Assembly: GCF_009914755.1 (NCBI RefSeq)
Contig: NC_060936.1
DNA: 64,000 nucleotides
Source: the human T2T-CHM13v2.0 reference genome, Homo sapiens
Reading direction: 5' to 3' (one strand)
The position numbers were made by a program, and so were the translations under genes. This document shows positions 1 through 13,249 of the stretch, piece after piece. The stretch's first letter is position 1; each line of letters opens with the position of its first letter. The notes under the pieces were generated by a model. It did not search any database, had not been told where the DNA came from, and was given only the letters and a program-made list of their open reading frames with translations.

Positions 1-2105
1 GCCATTCTGACTCACCTGGATGGCATCAGGCAGGATAGAGGAGGCATTCTAAACATTTCTCTTTGAACAAAGTTCATTTGGAATCAAGTTGTATACCAAA
101 TTTTGTAATGCAAGTCTTAGACATATGGCAAGGGAACATCTGAAATGTTGACTCACTCTATCAAAATGTCAACATCAGTAAGTAGTTAATGAGATTTTTA
201 TGAGATTTAATGAGTAAGTGTAATATAGTGCAAGATTTTTAAAGCATTTTAAAAAAGTCTTTGGACAATTTTGTTCGAATCATCTCAAAAGTTATCTTAA
301 CACAGATAGTGATTATGACAGCTGCTCCCTGCATGGGAGGGAACACAACAATGGCACAAAAATTATTCAAGGCTGATTATACTGAGTCTGCATCATTGAA
401 CATTTTCTCTCTATGGAGAGGGTCTTCAGTTTGTTGCTTTTTCAGCTAACTAATCAGCTTCCTGTTCCTTTCTCACATTTGGCAAATTAATTTTCAGGAC
501 AAATCATGTCTGCAGTTTCTAAGGAAACTACAGGGGCTCAGATTTCTCCCGGATGAGTTACAGGGTGGGTTGATGCAGAAAGGAGTGCTCTGTGAGGTGC
601 TCACCAAGCCCCATCCCACTGTGTACCCTAATTGACTCCTGTATGTCCAGCCATGGCATCGTATAAGATAGAGCCAGTATTTGTAGCCCTTACCTGAGAA
701 CTTCACTTGTTCTGTTATCATGAGATTTTTTTGTTAACTGGCAGTGCTAGGCTGACCTTGTTATTGCTGCTTCTTTGATATTTCTACCAGTACCTTGTTT
801 GTACTAGTAGTTAAATAATGGAAGAAGAGTTTTTGGAAATGATGGACATTTTGTTCAGTTGGTAACTTAAATGGGGGCTGTGAACAAGTCTACTTTCAGA
901 ACTTCCAAAATGTTTTGATCCTGCTAAGATACAAAATACCTGATTATATTTTATTGACTTAGTAGATAGAGTATGGCTTTCAAGTGAGACAGACCTGGGT
1001 TCAAATCTCAACTTCACCACTTAGTAATTGCATGACCTTGGAAAAGTTATTTAACCTTCTGGTCAGTTTGTTCATTCATTTGTTCATTCTTTTTTCTTTC
1101 CTTCCAGAATAAAATAATTAGAAAAGTGCAAGGAAAAATATAATAATTTCCAATATTCTAACTACCCAGAATTATCTACTTATATTTATATGACTATATT
1201 TTCCTTTAGTTGTTTTTTTCCTATGCCTAGGAAAAAATTACCCTATTGATATATGCATACACTCCCCTTTTACTTCTTGTTTCTTGGGTAATAATATATA
1301 CTTTGTTGGGCTAAACAAGATAAAATAATTAAAGCATCCTGCCCAGTGTCTGATCCACAGTAAACAATTGGTATATGGCAGTAGTTGTTATTATTGTTAA
1401 TCCTCCTCCTATATTTGCGCATCTCTGTTAGCAAATATAGTCCTGGCAAATCAACAAACTTATAAAAATAATTGTTTTTGGACAAACTATTTCTCTTCCC
1501 ACGATATATTTGTAAGCCACAACTGGAAGAATTGGTGTTAATACGTGTAGGAATGTAGAATACATTGTAAAACCTATTTATATTGCAAATAATGAAAATG
1601 TATTCAAGACCAGACCTTTTTCATAAATGATGGACTGCACTTGGTAAACTTTAAAAAAAATGGTTGAACCAAATTTTAGAAAATTGCATGCATTATTTAA
1701 AAAGTTATGATGTTGGAGAAATAGAACAATTGAGAAGAAAATTACTCACTTAAACTTTGCTGTGAAAGATTGATTTTTTTTTTTTTGCTTGCAGTGATCT
1801 TGCAAAACCAGTGGCTACGGAGTAATTAATGCTGGGGCTTTATTAATTTATGAAGAGCAGAAAAGGGTTGGCTTGTCTGCATCGTAGCTCATTCTTCTCA
1901 AGTAACATGTTAAAAAAAATCAAGATGCTGAAAAATTGGAGCAATTTGTCAATTTAAACAAACGTTCTTTTTATGGGCTTCCTGGAGTGATCTTGCATTA
2001 AATTTCTAGGTCAAATTGGGTGGTAACGAAAATAAAGAGCAAAGAAGCTTGGGTGACCTGGCGGCATTGTTGGTAATCTATGACAAATGTTGTAAGGTAG
2101 GTTTA

Positions 2106-2504
<399 letters not shown>

Positions 2505-3078
2505 TTACCCAAGTTTACATAGCCACTGACTGTGGGAGCCAGGTTTCAAACCCAGGCAGCTGTACATTTTAGCTACTATTCTATGCTGACTGCCATTATA
2601 TCTAGAATTTCAAGAGCATTTTCACCTGATGAGTAGAGCAAACATGTGACATTTGAGCATCACATGTTTTGGAAACTTGTCAGGGAGACTAAGAATAGTG
2701 TTTGAATTTTTTAATACGTGGTGTAAATCTTAGTCAAAATAACCATTTGTAAATACATCTGCTAATTTCTCTTGTAGTTGGATAAAAAGTCCTTTTCTAA
2801 TGAGTGGGATGGTATGGCTTCCTTCTTGACATGATGAGCTCATGATTTTCTGTCTTTTTAAAGTTCATGCTGACTGTCAAATGTGCACGGAGCCCCATGC
2901 TAGCTGCAGGCAGGGGAGGAGAGAGAGACAACAATGAGTACGACTTAGTTCCTGTGTCACAGTTTATGATGTATTGAGAGGAAAGAGACTGCCTATGAAT
3001 AATACAAGGGCGTGGATGAATCAGGTGTGGGAGTGTGGAGAAGTGTACCATTTGGAATACAGGTGTTAAGGAAGGTAC

Positions 3079-3366
3079 TTTTTTTTTGAGATAGGGTCTG
3101 GCTCTGTCACCCAGGCTGAAGTGAGGTGTGATTTTGGTCCACTGCAAACTCCACCTCCCAGGTTCAAGTGATTGTCGTGCCTCAGCCACCTGAGTACCTG
3201 GGATTACAGGCGAGTGCCACCACGTCTAGCTAACTTTTGTATTTCTAGTAGAGACGGGGCTGTGCCATGTTGGCTAGGCTGGTCTTAAGCTCCTGGTCTC
3301 AAGTGATCTACCTGCCTCAGCCTCCCAAAGTACTGAGATTACAGGTATGAGCCACCATGCCTGGCC
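3079..3366 (-). mobile_element. Alu (J/S)
   Basis: Dimeric Alu with TSD AGGAAGGTAC (3069-78, 3367-76). Confidence 0.93.
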
Positions 3367-4805
3367 AGGAAGGTACCATTTCTAAATGTCAAATCAGCAG
3401 GATCCCAATCTGATATTCTTCATGTGCCATAGATAAAATTAAAAAAAAAATTTACTGGGAGCCTAGTTTGTATCAGGTCATGTGCTAAAAAACTACTTTG
3501 AATTTTTAAAAAATACACTGTGGGTACTTAGTTTTCAAGTATCAGGAAGGTTTAAAATCTAGTGAAACTAGAAGTAATTTTTTAAAAAGATAGAATCTGT
3601 CCTCCTGAGGAGCTTGCATATCTGATTGATGCTGGCACTGGGCCATACTGATGCACTGCCAAGTGACACTCTGTTGTAAGCACGGACTAAAGACAGTGGT
3701 AATTAACAGTGCTGGCACTGCTATATTAAGTACATGAGTATAATAGGCCACGCTTATACTGTTTCTAAAAGAGAAGGAGAACATAGAAAGTGTATATATT
3801 AAGAGCTGTCTGCTTCCTTAGGAGTATTTCTCTACTACCAAAACTTGAGATTGACTTTCAAAAACAAGACATAAATTTGACCATTACCAGGGCCCACTAT
3901 TACTGGTGGATTCTTATATATTTATGATGGTAAAGATAAAAGTGAAAGTAAATCACCAGATATGCTACCTTTTGAAATGCTGAGGCCTATAGTGACTGAC
4001 ATACCATTAAATTCCTCTTATCCCCAAATATCTGTCACCTGTATAATTCAGGAGACATGTACGTTCCTTTTCATGTAGATGCTGATGTGATTTGAAATCC
4101 CTTTACGTTCACTCCTCTATGATTCAACCACAGCTGAATGTTCTGTTAACCTTTATCTCTAGAACATAGTAAGGGAAAACATTTGATAATTCTGTTAAAT
4201 GTTCCTTTTGAGTCAATTTTTTAATATTGACTTTTGAAATACAATGCCAATTCTCTTTACACAGGTCTTAATTTTACTCATGGGAGTTAACCTGCTTAGT
4301 ATGACTTTTTGGCTCACATTTTTTTCTTTCTGGTTCTCTGAACTGCCTTGAAAATAAGTTTCATTTTAAGAAATAAAATTCGCAGCTACTTTATGGTGTT
4401 TCTAGAAAAAGCAATAATAGAAAAGCAAATGTGGAAGCAGGAATTATGAAGTTTAGCTATTAAAAAAGACGTTTTTAAAAGGAGGTTCTGTGAAGAATCC
4501 TGCGTCTCTACTTTCATTTTTTAAATTAAACTTTAAATTTATTGCAAAGTAAGACTACTGTAGCAGCACCTCATTGCATTGGAATATAACAAATATATCC
4601 GTAGAGAAATCACAAGGAAATAAATTCATGAAAAAACTCATAAAGCATTTAGTTTTATATGCACATATACAATCATGCATAAATATATTTTTTAAACTTT
4701 CATATTTCAGATGATGACTTGGGTTCAGCTTAATTACATGAACTTCCAATACTTGTCTTGAACTCTTAAACAATGAGAATAACGATGTAAAGATAATGTA
4801 AGATT

Positions 4806-5354
4806 CTTTTTTTTTTCTTTTTTGAGACAGAGTCTTACTCTGTCACCAAGGCTGGTAGTATGGTGATGTGATTATGGCTCACTGCAACCTCGACCTCCTG
4901 GGCTCAGGTGATCCGCCCCAGTAGCTGGTACGATAGCCATGTACCACCATGCCTGGCCAAATTTTTTTGGTAGTGTTTGTAGAGACAGCGTTTTGTCATG
5001 TTGCTCAGGCTAAGGTTCTTAATAAATATATGAAAATTTGATTTGTTCAGAATACTTTTTTTTTTTTTTGAGATGGAGTCTCGCTCTGTTGCCCAGGCTG
5101 GAGCGCAGTGGTGCAATCTTGGCTCACTGCAACCTCCGTCTCCTGGGTTCAAGCGATTCCTGTGCCTCAGCCTTCCAAGTAGCAGGGATTATAGGCATGC
5201 ACCACCACACCTGGCTAATTTTTGTATTTTTAGTAGAGATGGGGTTTCACCATGTTGGCCAGGCTGGTCTCGAATTCCTGACCTCAGGTGATCTGCCTGC
5301 CTTGGCCTCCCAAAGTGCTGGGATTACTACATGCATGAGCCCCGGCATCCAGGC
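4806..5354 (-). mobile_element. Truncated AluJ (4806-5012) plus AluS (5057-5354)
   Basis: Alu consensus; second copy has TSD CAGAATACT. Confidence 0.9.
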
Positions 5355-5749
5355 CCAGAATACTCTTTTTAAGTCAAGAGAGTGTAATACCTTGTAGAAA
5401 TATTCTTAACGAGGACTGACACCAAAAGGATTTCTTTGTTTAAATTTCAGTTTATCTGAAAACACAGCAACTCAAACTGTATTGTCCAAGCATTGCTGTT
5501 GGCCAACATTTATATTGGATTGAGGAATTCTAATAGAGTAATAAGACTGTCTGAATATCAGTTAAATTGGTCTCAGAGAATTCTAGGGTTGGAAGCTGCT
5601 CTACTGGTATTGCTAGTCTGGCCTCACCTCATTTTAAATGTCCTTTCACAGCATCCCCGACTGCTGGGCTTGCAGCCTTTGCCTGAGAACTCCAAAGCAG
5701 AGGACATTTATGATCTCCTGAGGCTGGATGTTATATTATAGTCACAGCA

Positions 5750-6010
5750 TTCTTTTGTTCCTTTCTTTTCTTTTCTCTTTCTTTCTCTTCTCTCTTTTCT
5801 TTCCCTCCCTCCCTCCCTTCCTCCCTCCCTTCCTGCCTTTCTTCTTTCTTGCTTTTCTTCCTTCTATCAGGGTGTTGCTCTGTCACCCAGGCTGGAGTAC
5901 AGTAGTGTGATCAGGGCACAATGCAGCCTTGAAATCCTAGGCTCTCAAGTGATCCTCCTGCCTCAGTCCACCAAGTAGCTGGGACTACAGGTGTGAGCCA
6001 CCATGCCCAA
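5750..6010 (-). repeat. CT-rich polypyrimidine tract (5750-5865) derived from the tail of an Alu monomer (5866-6010)
   Basis: ~115 nt of almost pure C/T (TTTC, CCCT units) followed by an Alu right-arm sequence. Confidence 0.85.
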
Positions 6011-6800
6011 CAGAGCATTCTGAAATTTTGCTGACATCTGCCTCACCACAGCTCCCACTTAGCAGTTCTAACTTAGTCCTTTGGAGCAAACACAAAACTA
6101 ATTTCACAGTTTCTACCAAGTGAGTGAGGGCACTAGAGGAGTATGCGGCGAAGACCTCAGTGGGGTATCCTGGCCAGTCAGACTCACCCTGTGGGTCAGA
6201 GTCTGGGTCCTGTGCTGGATAGACCTCTGGGATGACTGCTCACAGCGCCATTTTAGCCTCTAGTGCAGCAACAACAAGCACTAATCAAAGGACAGTATTG
6301 AGCGCCTGCTTTATGCCATGACTTTCATTATGTCATTTAATTCTCACCGTAACTCAAATATCATTATTCTAAAGATGAGGAAACTGAAACCCAGACATTA
6401 AGTAACTTGCTCAAGGACATAGAGGAAGCAAGTACTGGCATCAGAATTCTAACCTTTGTCTGCTGCGTTGCCTCCTGGAGGGTCTCACCAGGGGTGATGA
6501 CCTGACCTGTGTCTCTTCACACGTCTCCTCATTGGAGCACACGTTCTACATTGTTTCTTCTGAATGAACTCAACCTGGAGAGCGAAGGCTTCCAGACCTG
6601 CCAAACCAACATTATTGTTGATTCCAATCTCTCTCCTTTTCCGGTACTTCCCTCTTGTCATCACCAAAATCAAGCATATTACATTCGAACTCATCACCCT
6701 TCTCCTGTCTAGGGACACATTTCTAAGTTAAATCTACCTCAATAGATATGAGAAACCTCTCCTTTCATACCTCTCCTCAACAGGGTCAAAAGAATCTTTG

Positions 6801-7095
6801 GGCCTGGCACATGGCTCATGCCTGTAATCCCAGCACTTTGGGAGGCCAAGGCAGGCGCGTCATTTGAGGTCAAGAGTTCGAGACCAGCCTGGCTAACATG
6901 GTGAAACCCCATGTCTACTAAAAATACAAAAATTAGCCGGGCATGGTGGCATGCACCTGTAATCCCAGCTACTCAAGAGGGTGAGGCACAGAAATCACTT
7001 GAACCCAGGAAGTGGAGGTTGCAGTGAGCCGACATCCCTCCACTGTACTCCAGCCTGGGCAACAGAGTGAGACTCTACCAAAAAAAAAAAAAAAA
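6801..7095 (+). mobile_element. AluS
   Basis: Dimeric Alu, poly(A), TSD-like AA(G/A)AATCTT. Confidence 0.95.
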
Positions 7096-7457
7096 TCTTA
7101 GAATGGCTTGGTGTAAGGTTGGGGAATCTCAGCTAAATGGTTCATCATGACCAGGTTAAACAGTTATTTCATCTTCTGCAGTGATGAGTGTGAGTCTTCC
7201 AGTTCTATTCCTGATGTGGAACTAAAGAGCTGAATAGCACAACTGTAAGAAGAGCATACATGAGCTTTGTCCTTGGCCTGTTTTCAGGTGAAATTTAGTA
7301 GCTCAATGAAATGGAGCTCTGGGAAAACATTGCAACATATATAATACTTAAGATGTAGCAAGAATGGTATCTCTCCAATTATTCACATAGTATTTTAAAG
7401 GACCTTTCACACAATCCTTGTGTCCTTGTCACTACTCACTCAGTAAACTGTAAACTA

Positions 7458-7753
7458 TTTTTTTTTTTTTAGACAGTCTCGTGCTGTTGCCAGGCTGGAA
7501 TGCTGGAATGCAGTGGCGCAATCCTGGCTCACTCAACCTCTGCCTCCCTGGTTCAAGTGATTCTCCTGCCTCAGCCTCACAAGTAGCTGGGATTACACGC
7601 ACGTGCCACCACGCCCAGCTAGTATTTGTGTTTTTAGTAGAGACGGGGTTTCACCATGTTGGCCAGGATGGTCTTGATCTCCTGACCTCGTGATCTGCCC
7701 GCCTCAGCCTCCCAAAGTGCTGGGATTACAGGCGTGAGCCACTGCACCTGGCC
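7458..7753 (-). mobile_element. AluSc-like
   Basis: Dimeric Alu, TSD AACTGTAAACT. Confidence 0.95.
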
Positions 7754-8414
7754 AACTGTAAACTCTTTGAGGGTAGCGTATGTACTGTGTTCATAATTTT
7801 CTCTCTCATAGTTCTTAGTACCGTGCCTTTCCCACAGCATCTGATTAATGATTTTTTTCATGAATAAGTGAATGAATAAAAGAAATATAAAGGTGTCTTT
7901 ATATGGTCAATATCAATCTAGCTCAAGTAGTAGTGAGTCAGTTTCGGTCATTTTGAAGCAAGAAAATACTTAACAGGAAATACCACAACAAGAAGAATAT
8001 GATGAGATCTAAAATCTTTGGTTAGTTATGCATCTAAGGTTACATGGATCTGGCAGCAGAGTTTTAAGTACATTTCTGTATGACATTCTGAGTGTGATTT
8101 GGTGTTGGAATTTTAAAGCCTCTCTGTTCCATGCTTGATAGAGTCCTTTCTCAAAAATTAACAAAATACAAAAGCTACACCTGATTGTCTTAAAGGATGC
8201 CTGTATTTAAATAGAGAAGTTATTTTTATGACTAAGAAAAGAAAATCATATAAATAGAAAATGTCCCATGTAGGTAATGTGATCTGTCAAATAATTGTAG
8301 TTTTTTTCTTCCCCCTCAATTTCCTCCTGCTGCCCTGCCCCTTCATCTCTGTCATGAGGGGGAAACTGTTACAATGCTCATAGTCTGTGGACTCTGTCTT
8401 GGATAATGAATTGA

Positions 8415-8699
<285 letters not shown>

Positions 8700-11201
8700 T
8701 GAAGGAACTACTTGTTAAGTCCCTACTTTAGTAGGTCTGAGGAAAGTGTTAACTTCTTGTAGAAAAGGCCACAGATCTTGTCTGGTTAGCAGACGCCACT
8801 TCACTATTCAGGAGCTGTTTACACATGTTCAAAAATTGTGGGATGAGGAGAGAGGAGGAAGAGTGGCTTTTATGCCACCAGACCTCCATTCTTTTTATTA
8901 TCACAGGTGCAAAATGTCCCCATCTCCTGCCGAATGGGAGACAGCACTAGATCTGGTGGTCTGATGAGATCTCTGATGCTCAGCTTGTGTGCATATCAGC
9001 ACCTGCCAGGGAACTCCGCAGCTGTACAGATGAGTTCCAGGCCCACTTCCCCAGAGCAGGCTGGCTCCCTGTGGTCTCTCTCTCCTCATAGCAGGCTTCC
9101 AGGGCCTTTTCTCTTGGTAATTGTCAGTCCCTGAAGATAAGCACGTAGGCCCTTTTTATTTTAAGACTTTACTGTTAAACAAAAAAAATAGCAGCATTAG
9201 GAAATCACAGGTCTCAGACCCACTTCCCCTTCTGGAAGCCCCTTGGGACATAGTTTTTATTCCTTGTGTTGGGCTTTCTTTTCTTACTGACTTCTTCCCC
9301 CTTCTCCCATTAAAGGAAAAGTTCGCTCTCAAGGAAACCTCATTCCCAGCATGTAGGCCTGAAGATGCAGGGTATGCCGAATGGTCCATACTTTTTTTTG
9401 TTTCAGCCTGGGAGCTCACATCTGTGGGGGATGTCCTCAGGTTATTAGCTCTGTGACATTCGGGGCATTTCCTCAAAGCCTTCATTTTCTTTAGCAATCC
9501 AAATAACATTATCTCATCCAATGTGAAGTGTTCATTAAGCCTTCCTTCCCCTAAATTCAGCATAAGTCATAACCATTGTAGACTGTGGCAGTGTATAATT
9601 TGCCCAAATGTGAATTCACTATTATTTGATTGGTAAAGCTTGATTAGTAAAGAATAATGGTAAATTGGCCTGGCTCCTGAGATTCTCAGGCAAAGTCCAT
9701 GCTGGCTTGAGTTCTCTGTAAGTTGACTTTAGATGACATCTTTCACGTTTGTAAAACAATATTCCAGACATGAAATAAAAAACTGTGAGTCACACAATCA
9801 ACATAATACTAGGCTTGGGCCATCGCTGCTTTTAGAGTATTGTGTTTTAGTGCTCATGTAATTATCTGTTTGCTATAAAAGTTGGCAGTCCTGACTTTCC
9901 TCTCCAATGTAAACAAAATAATATTATCTAATTCCTTTGCTGTTTATTGCCATCATAGCAGAAACTCTTAAATTTTATTTTAAAAACAGAGTTAGATTTT
10001 CCTCGTAATAGATCTAAAAGAGGTGAAATTGAATGTTCCTTTTGCAAGCAAACAAGCTTCTGTCACTACTAGTAAAGAAAAGTATTACAAGTAAAGAAGA
10101 ATCTAAAGAGAGGTCTTTTTATCAGTCATGACACATGGGTGAGTTGACAGCCTAGAGTCTAGATGTCAGCTTTGGCAGTCTGGAAATTTGGTGTCTTCAG
10201 GTTACTGACTGGTAAGTGAACTCAGGGGTATTGACTGCTATTAACTGGTCAGTATATTCTCTGTGCTGCAGCAGAGTCTATATGGGAAATCAAATGACAA
10301 TCCAAAGTTTGCTTGGTGAGCATGACGTCAGAGCCAAAGGGAGTTGGATGGTCTGAGTGGCATATGTCACAGCCCCAGGGGCAGGACGTCCTCCTCTCCA
10401 CTCCAGAGACAGTGTTGTAGAACAGAGCTGATTGCTTGTCCTCTTGGCTTGCCTAGTGATGGAAACCGAGCATGAATAGCCTCTCTTGTTAAAATAGAAC
10501 ACAAAACCCTCTAAGATTTGAGCATATGAGAGGTCTGGAAGACGAGACTGTGCATGCAGTTACCAACTTGTCCTGCTGGATTTTCCCTCTCCTGCCAGTT
10601 CCCTCTCTTTGACTTCGGGTGTTCATCACCATCTTCAGCCCCAGGGTATACTGTGCCCTCTAAAAAACTGGTCAAAGGGAAGCATCAGACCTCTTCCTAT
10701 GGCTCTCAGTACAACTGAGATAGGCTGCAACAGCCAATGAGTGTCTTATTAAAATTAATACAAAGCTGAAGGATACAAACATGTACCAAAACTGTAAAAA
10801 GTTGATGGTTGATGGAGGATAAATTTCTGTACCGGAGCTCGCAGCAAAAGGTTGGGAAATTTAAGCCAAGCAATTAGTCATGACCAGCTTAAACAGTGAC
10901 TTCATTTTCTAAAGTGATGCCTTTTCAAAGAGTACTGCCCTTTTGAAAGCATCTTTACCTCTGCCAGGCAGCTACAACTGAATAGCTTGCATGTCCTTTA
11001 TTAGCCTGCTTTACTTTTGCAGATGGCTCATCTCATTTTTAATAGATTCTTTTACAGCTCATTCTTAGGGTTGCACCATTTCTGACATTGTCCTCAAATT
11101 CTGGGAAGCGTCATAGGAATGCCTTCTTTTTCTGGCTTGTTTAGGCTATCTTTATGAAGGCATTTAAAAATATTCAATATTTTTTCAATCAATAGCAGCC
11201 A

Positions 11202-11742
11202 TTTTTTTTTCTTTTGATACAGGGTCTTGCTCTCTCACCCAGGCTGGAGTGCAGTGGCCAATCATAGCTCACTGTAACCTTGAATTCCTGGGTTCAAGTG
11301 ATCCTCCTGCCTCAGCCTCTCAAGTAGCTAGGACTACAGGCATACACTACCACACCTGGCTAAGTTATTTTATTTTTGCAGAAACAGGGTCTTGCTATTT
11401 TGCCCAGACTAGTCTTGAACTACTGGCCTCAAGTGATTGTCCCACCTTGGCCTCCCAAAGCACTGGGATTACAGACCTGAGCCACAGCACCTGACCCAGC
11501 AATTAATTGCTTTTTGTTTTTGTTTTTACTTCTGAGGCAGGGTCTCACCATCACCCAGGCTGGAGTACAGTGGTGCGATAATGGCTCATTGCAGCCTTGA
11601 CCTCCCTGGCCTCAGGTGATCCTCCCACCTCAGCCTCCTGAGTAGCTGGGCCTACAGGTGTGTGCCATCATGCCCAGCTAATTTTTGTAGCTTTTTTTTT
11701 TTTTTTTTGTAGAGATGGGGGTTTGCCATGTTGTCCAGGCTC
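11202..11742 (-). mobile_element. Two tandem AluJ elements
   Basis: Alu consensus 11202-11498 and 11510-11742 (second truncated). Confidence 0.9.
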
Positions 11743-11744
11743 AG

Positions 11745-12450
11745 CCATTGTTTTTCAAGTTCAAATTGTTTCATCTTTGGCCAATAGGAAGGAGCCTATT
11801 TATGTGACTCTTGTGTCTTTTTGACTTGACCCCATTAATTGTGAAACATTTCCTTTCTTTTTGAGCTCATCAAAATGTTTCAGGGTCATCTTGTACTTTT
11901 TCTGTCCCAAACCTGGAATCAGTCACTCCTCAAAGGAGCCTTAGTTCCTTTGAGTGGGGAATGGTTTTTAGAGACCATAACCTGGGTGCTGTGGGTGTTC
12001 ATTGCTGCTGAGTTGTCCTTACTTCTAAACCTATTCAATGAATGTATGTATTTTTTTGAAAAGAAAAAAAAATGAGTTCATACTAGTGTTTCCCATATAA
12101 ATATATAATTGTAATATTTTAAAGAAAACTTAATTACTTTGGTTATACACATATTTTCTATTACACTGAAAACATCTTGGCTCCATTTGATGTTAGCATA
12201 CTTATTTATTTGCTTTATCCTGTAGTGGATATAAGAATTTAAGAAATATGAATATTATTAATAACAATAATACTACTGAATGAAATGTAAGGTTTCTTTG
12301 CAGTTTTATTTGCTCTGGGAATATGTACAACTGTTGATGTACAGTCATAATATTGTGTTCTATGTCAACTTAAGAGAGAATTATTTTTTTCTGTGTTCTT
12401 ATGCTATAAGTGGGATAGTCCATTAGGTTGATTTGTTTCCATTAATTTTC
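11745..12450 (-). mobile_element. L1MC4/5-like 3' fragment
   Basis: CATCTTGTACTTTTTCTGTCCCAAACCTGGAATCAGTCACTCCTCAAAGGAGCCTTAGTTCC signature. Confidence 0.65.
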
Positions 12451-12504
12451 AATTGTTAGGGTTTTCTTTTACAATTTAAAAATAATTTATTCATTTATAG
12501 TCAG

Positions 12505-12805
12505 GGACTAGGTCTGTTGCTCAGGCTAGAATGCAGGGGTGCAATCATAGCTCACTGCAGCTTTGAACTCCTAGTTTCAAGACATCCTCCTGCCTTGACT
12601 TCCCAAAGTGCTAGGAATACAGGTGTGAGCCACCGTGCCCAGACTATTTTATGTATTTTCAAATTTTATTTTTATTTTTATGTCTTTTTAAGAGATGGGG
12701 TCTCGCCATGTTGCCCAAGCTGGCCTCAAACTCTTGGGGCTAAGCAATTTTCCCACCTCAGCCTGCCAAGTAGCTGGGACTATAGGCATGCTGTTCCATC
12801 ATCCT
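12505..12805 (-). mobile_element. Two old Alu monomers (FLAM/AluJ-like)
   Basis: Degenerate Alu arms 12505-12642 and ~12690-12805. Confidence 0.8.
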
Positions 12806-13249
12806 GGTTTTTTAAAAATTTAATTTGTTAATATTATTAATATAGTGTTATTCCAGAGCCAAAACTACAGGAGGCACATCAAGAGAGGACTCAGTTTTCC
12901 ATTCTTGTCTCCTCCACGATGTTCCTTCTCCTATACAAGTTTTCTAATTTGTTTTTGGTTTATCCATTTAGTGTTTCTTTTTATAAATATTAGCAAACAC
13001 AAGTATCTTTATATCCCCCCCCCACACCCTTTCTTTCATCCATTTTAATGGTAAATAGTCTATTGGTGAATATTGCCGTTTGAGAATGACTTTTTTTTTT
13101 TTTAAACCATAATGATGGGCAATAGTTCAGAACTACTGAAGTCTGGCTGGAGAGATGAGGAACATTACTTTTTAATACTGCTTGAAAAGAGAACACTTTT
13201 TTTCTGGAAGCCCATTTTTCTAAAAGAAACAATAATTTTTTTTTCCTTC

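Noticed and set aside
145-175. Inverted repeat ATGTTGAC...GTCAACAT
   Set aside because: 8-bp stem, compatible with chance or a decayed DNA transposon; no further support.
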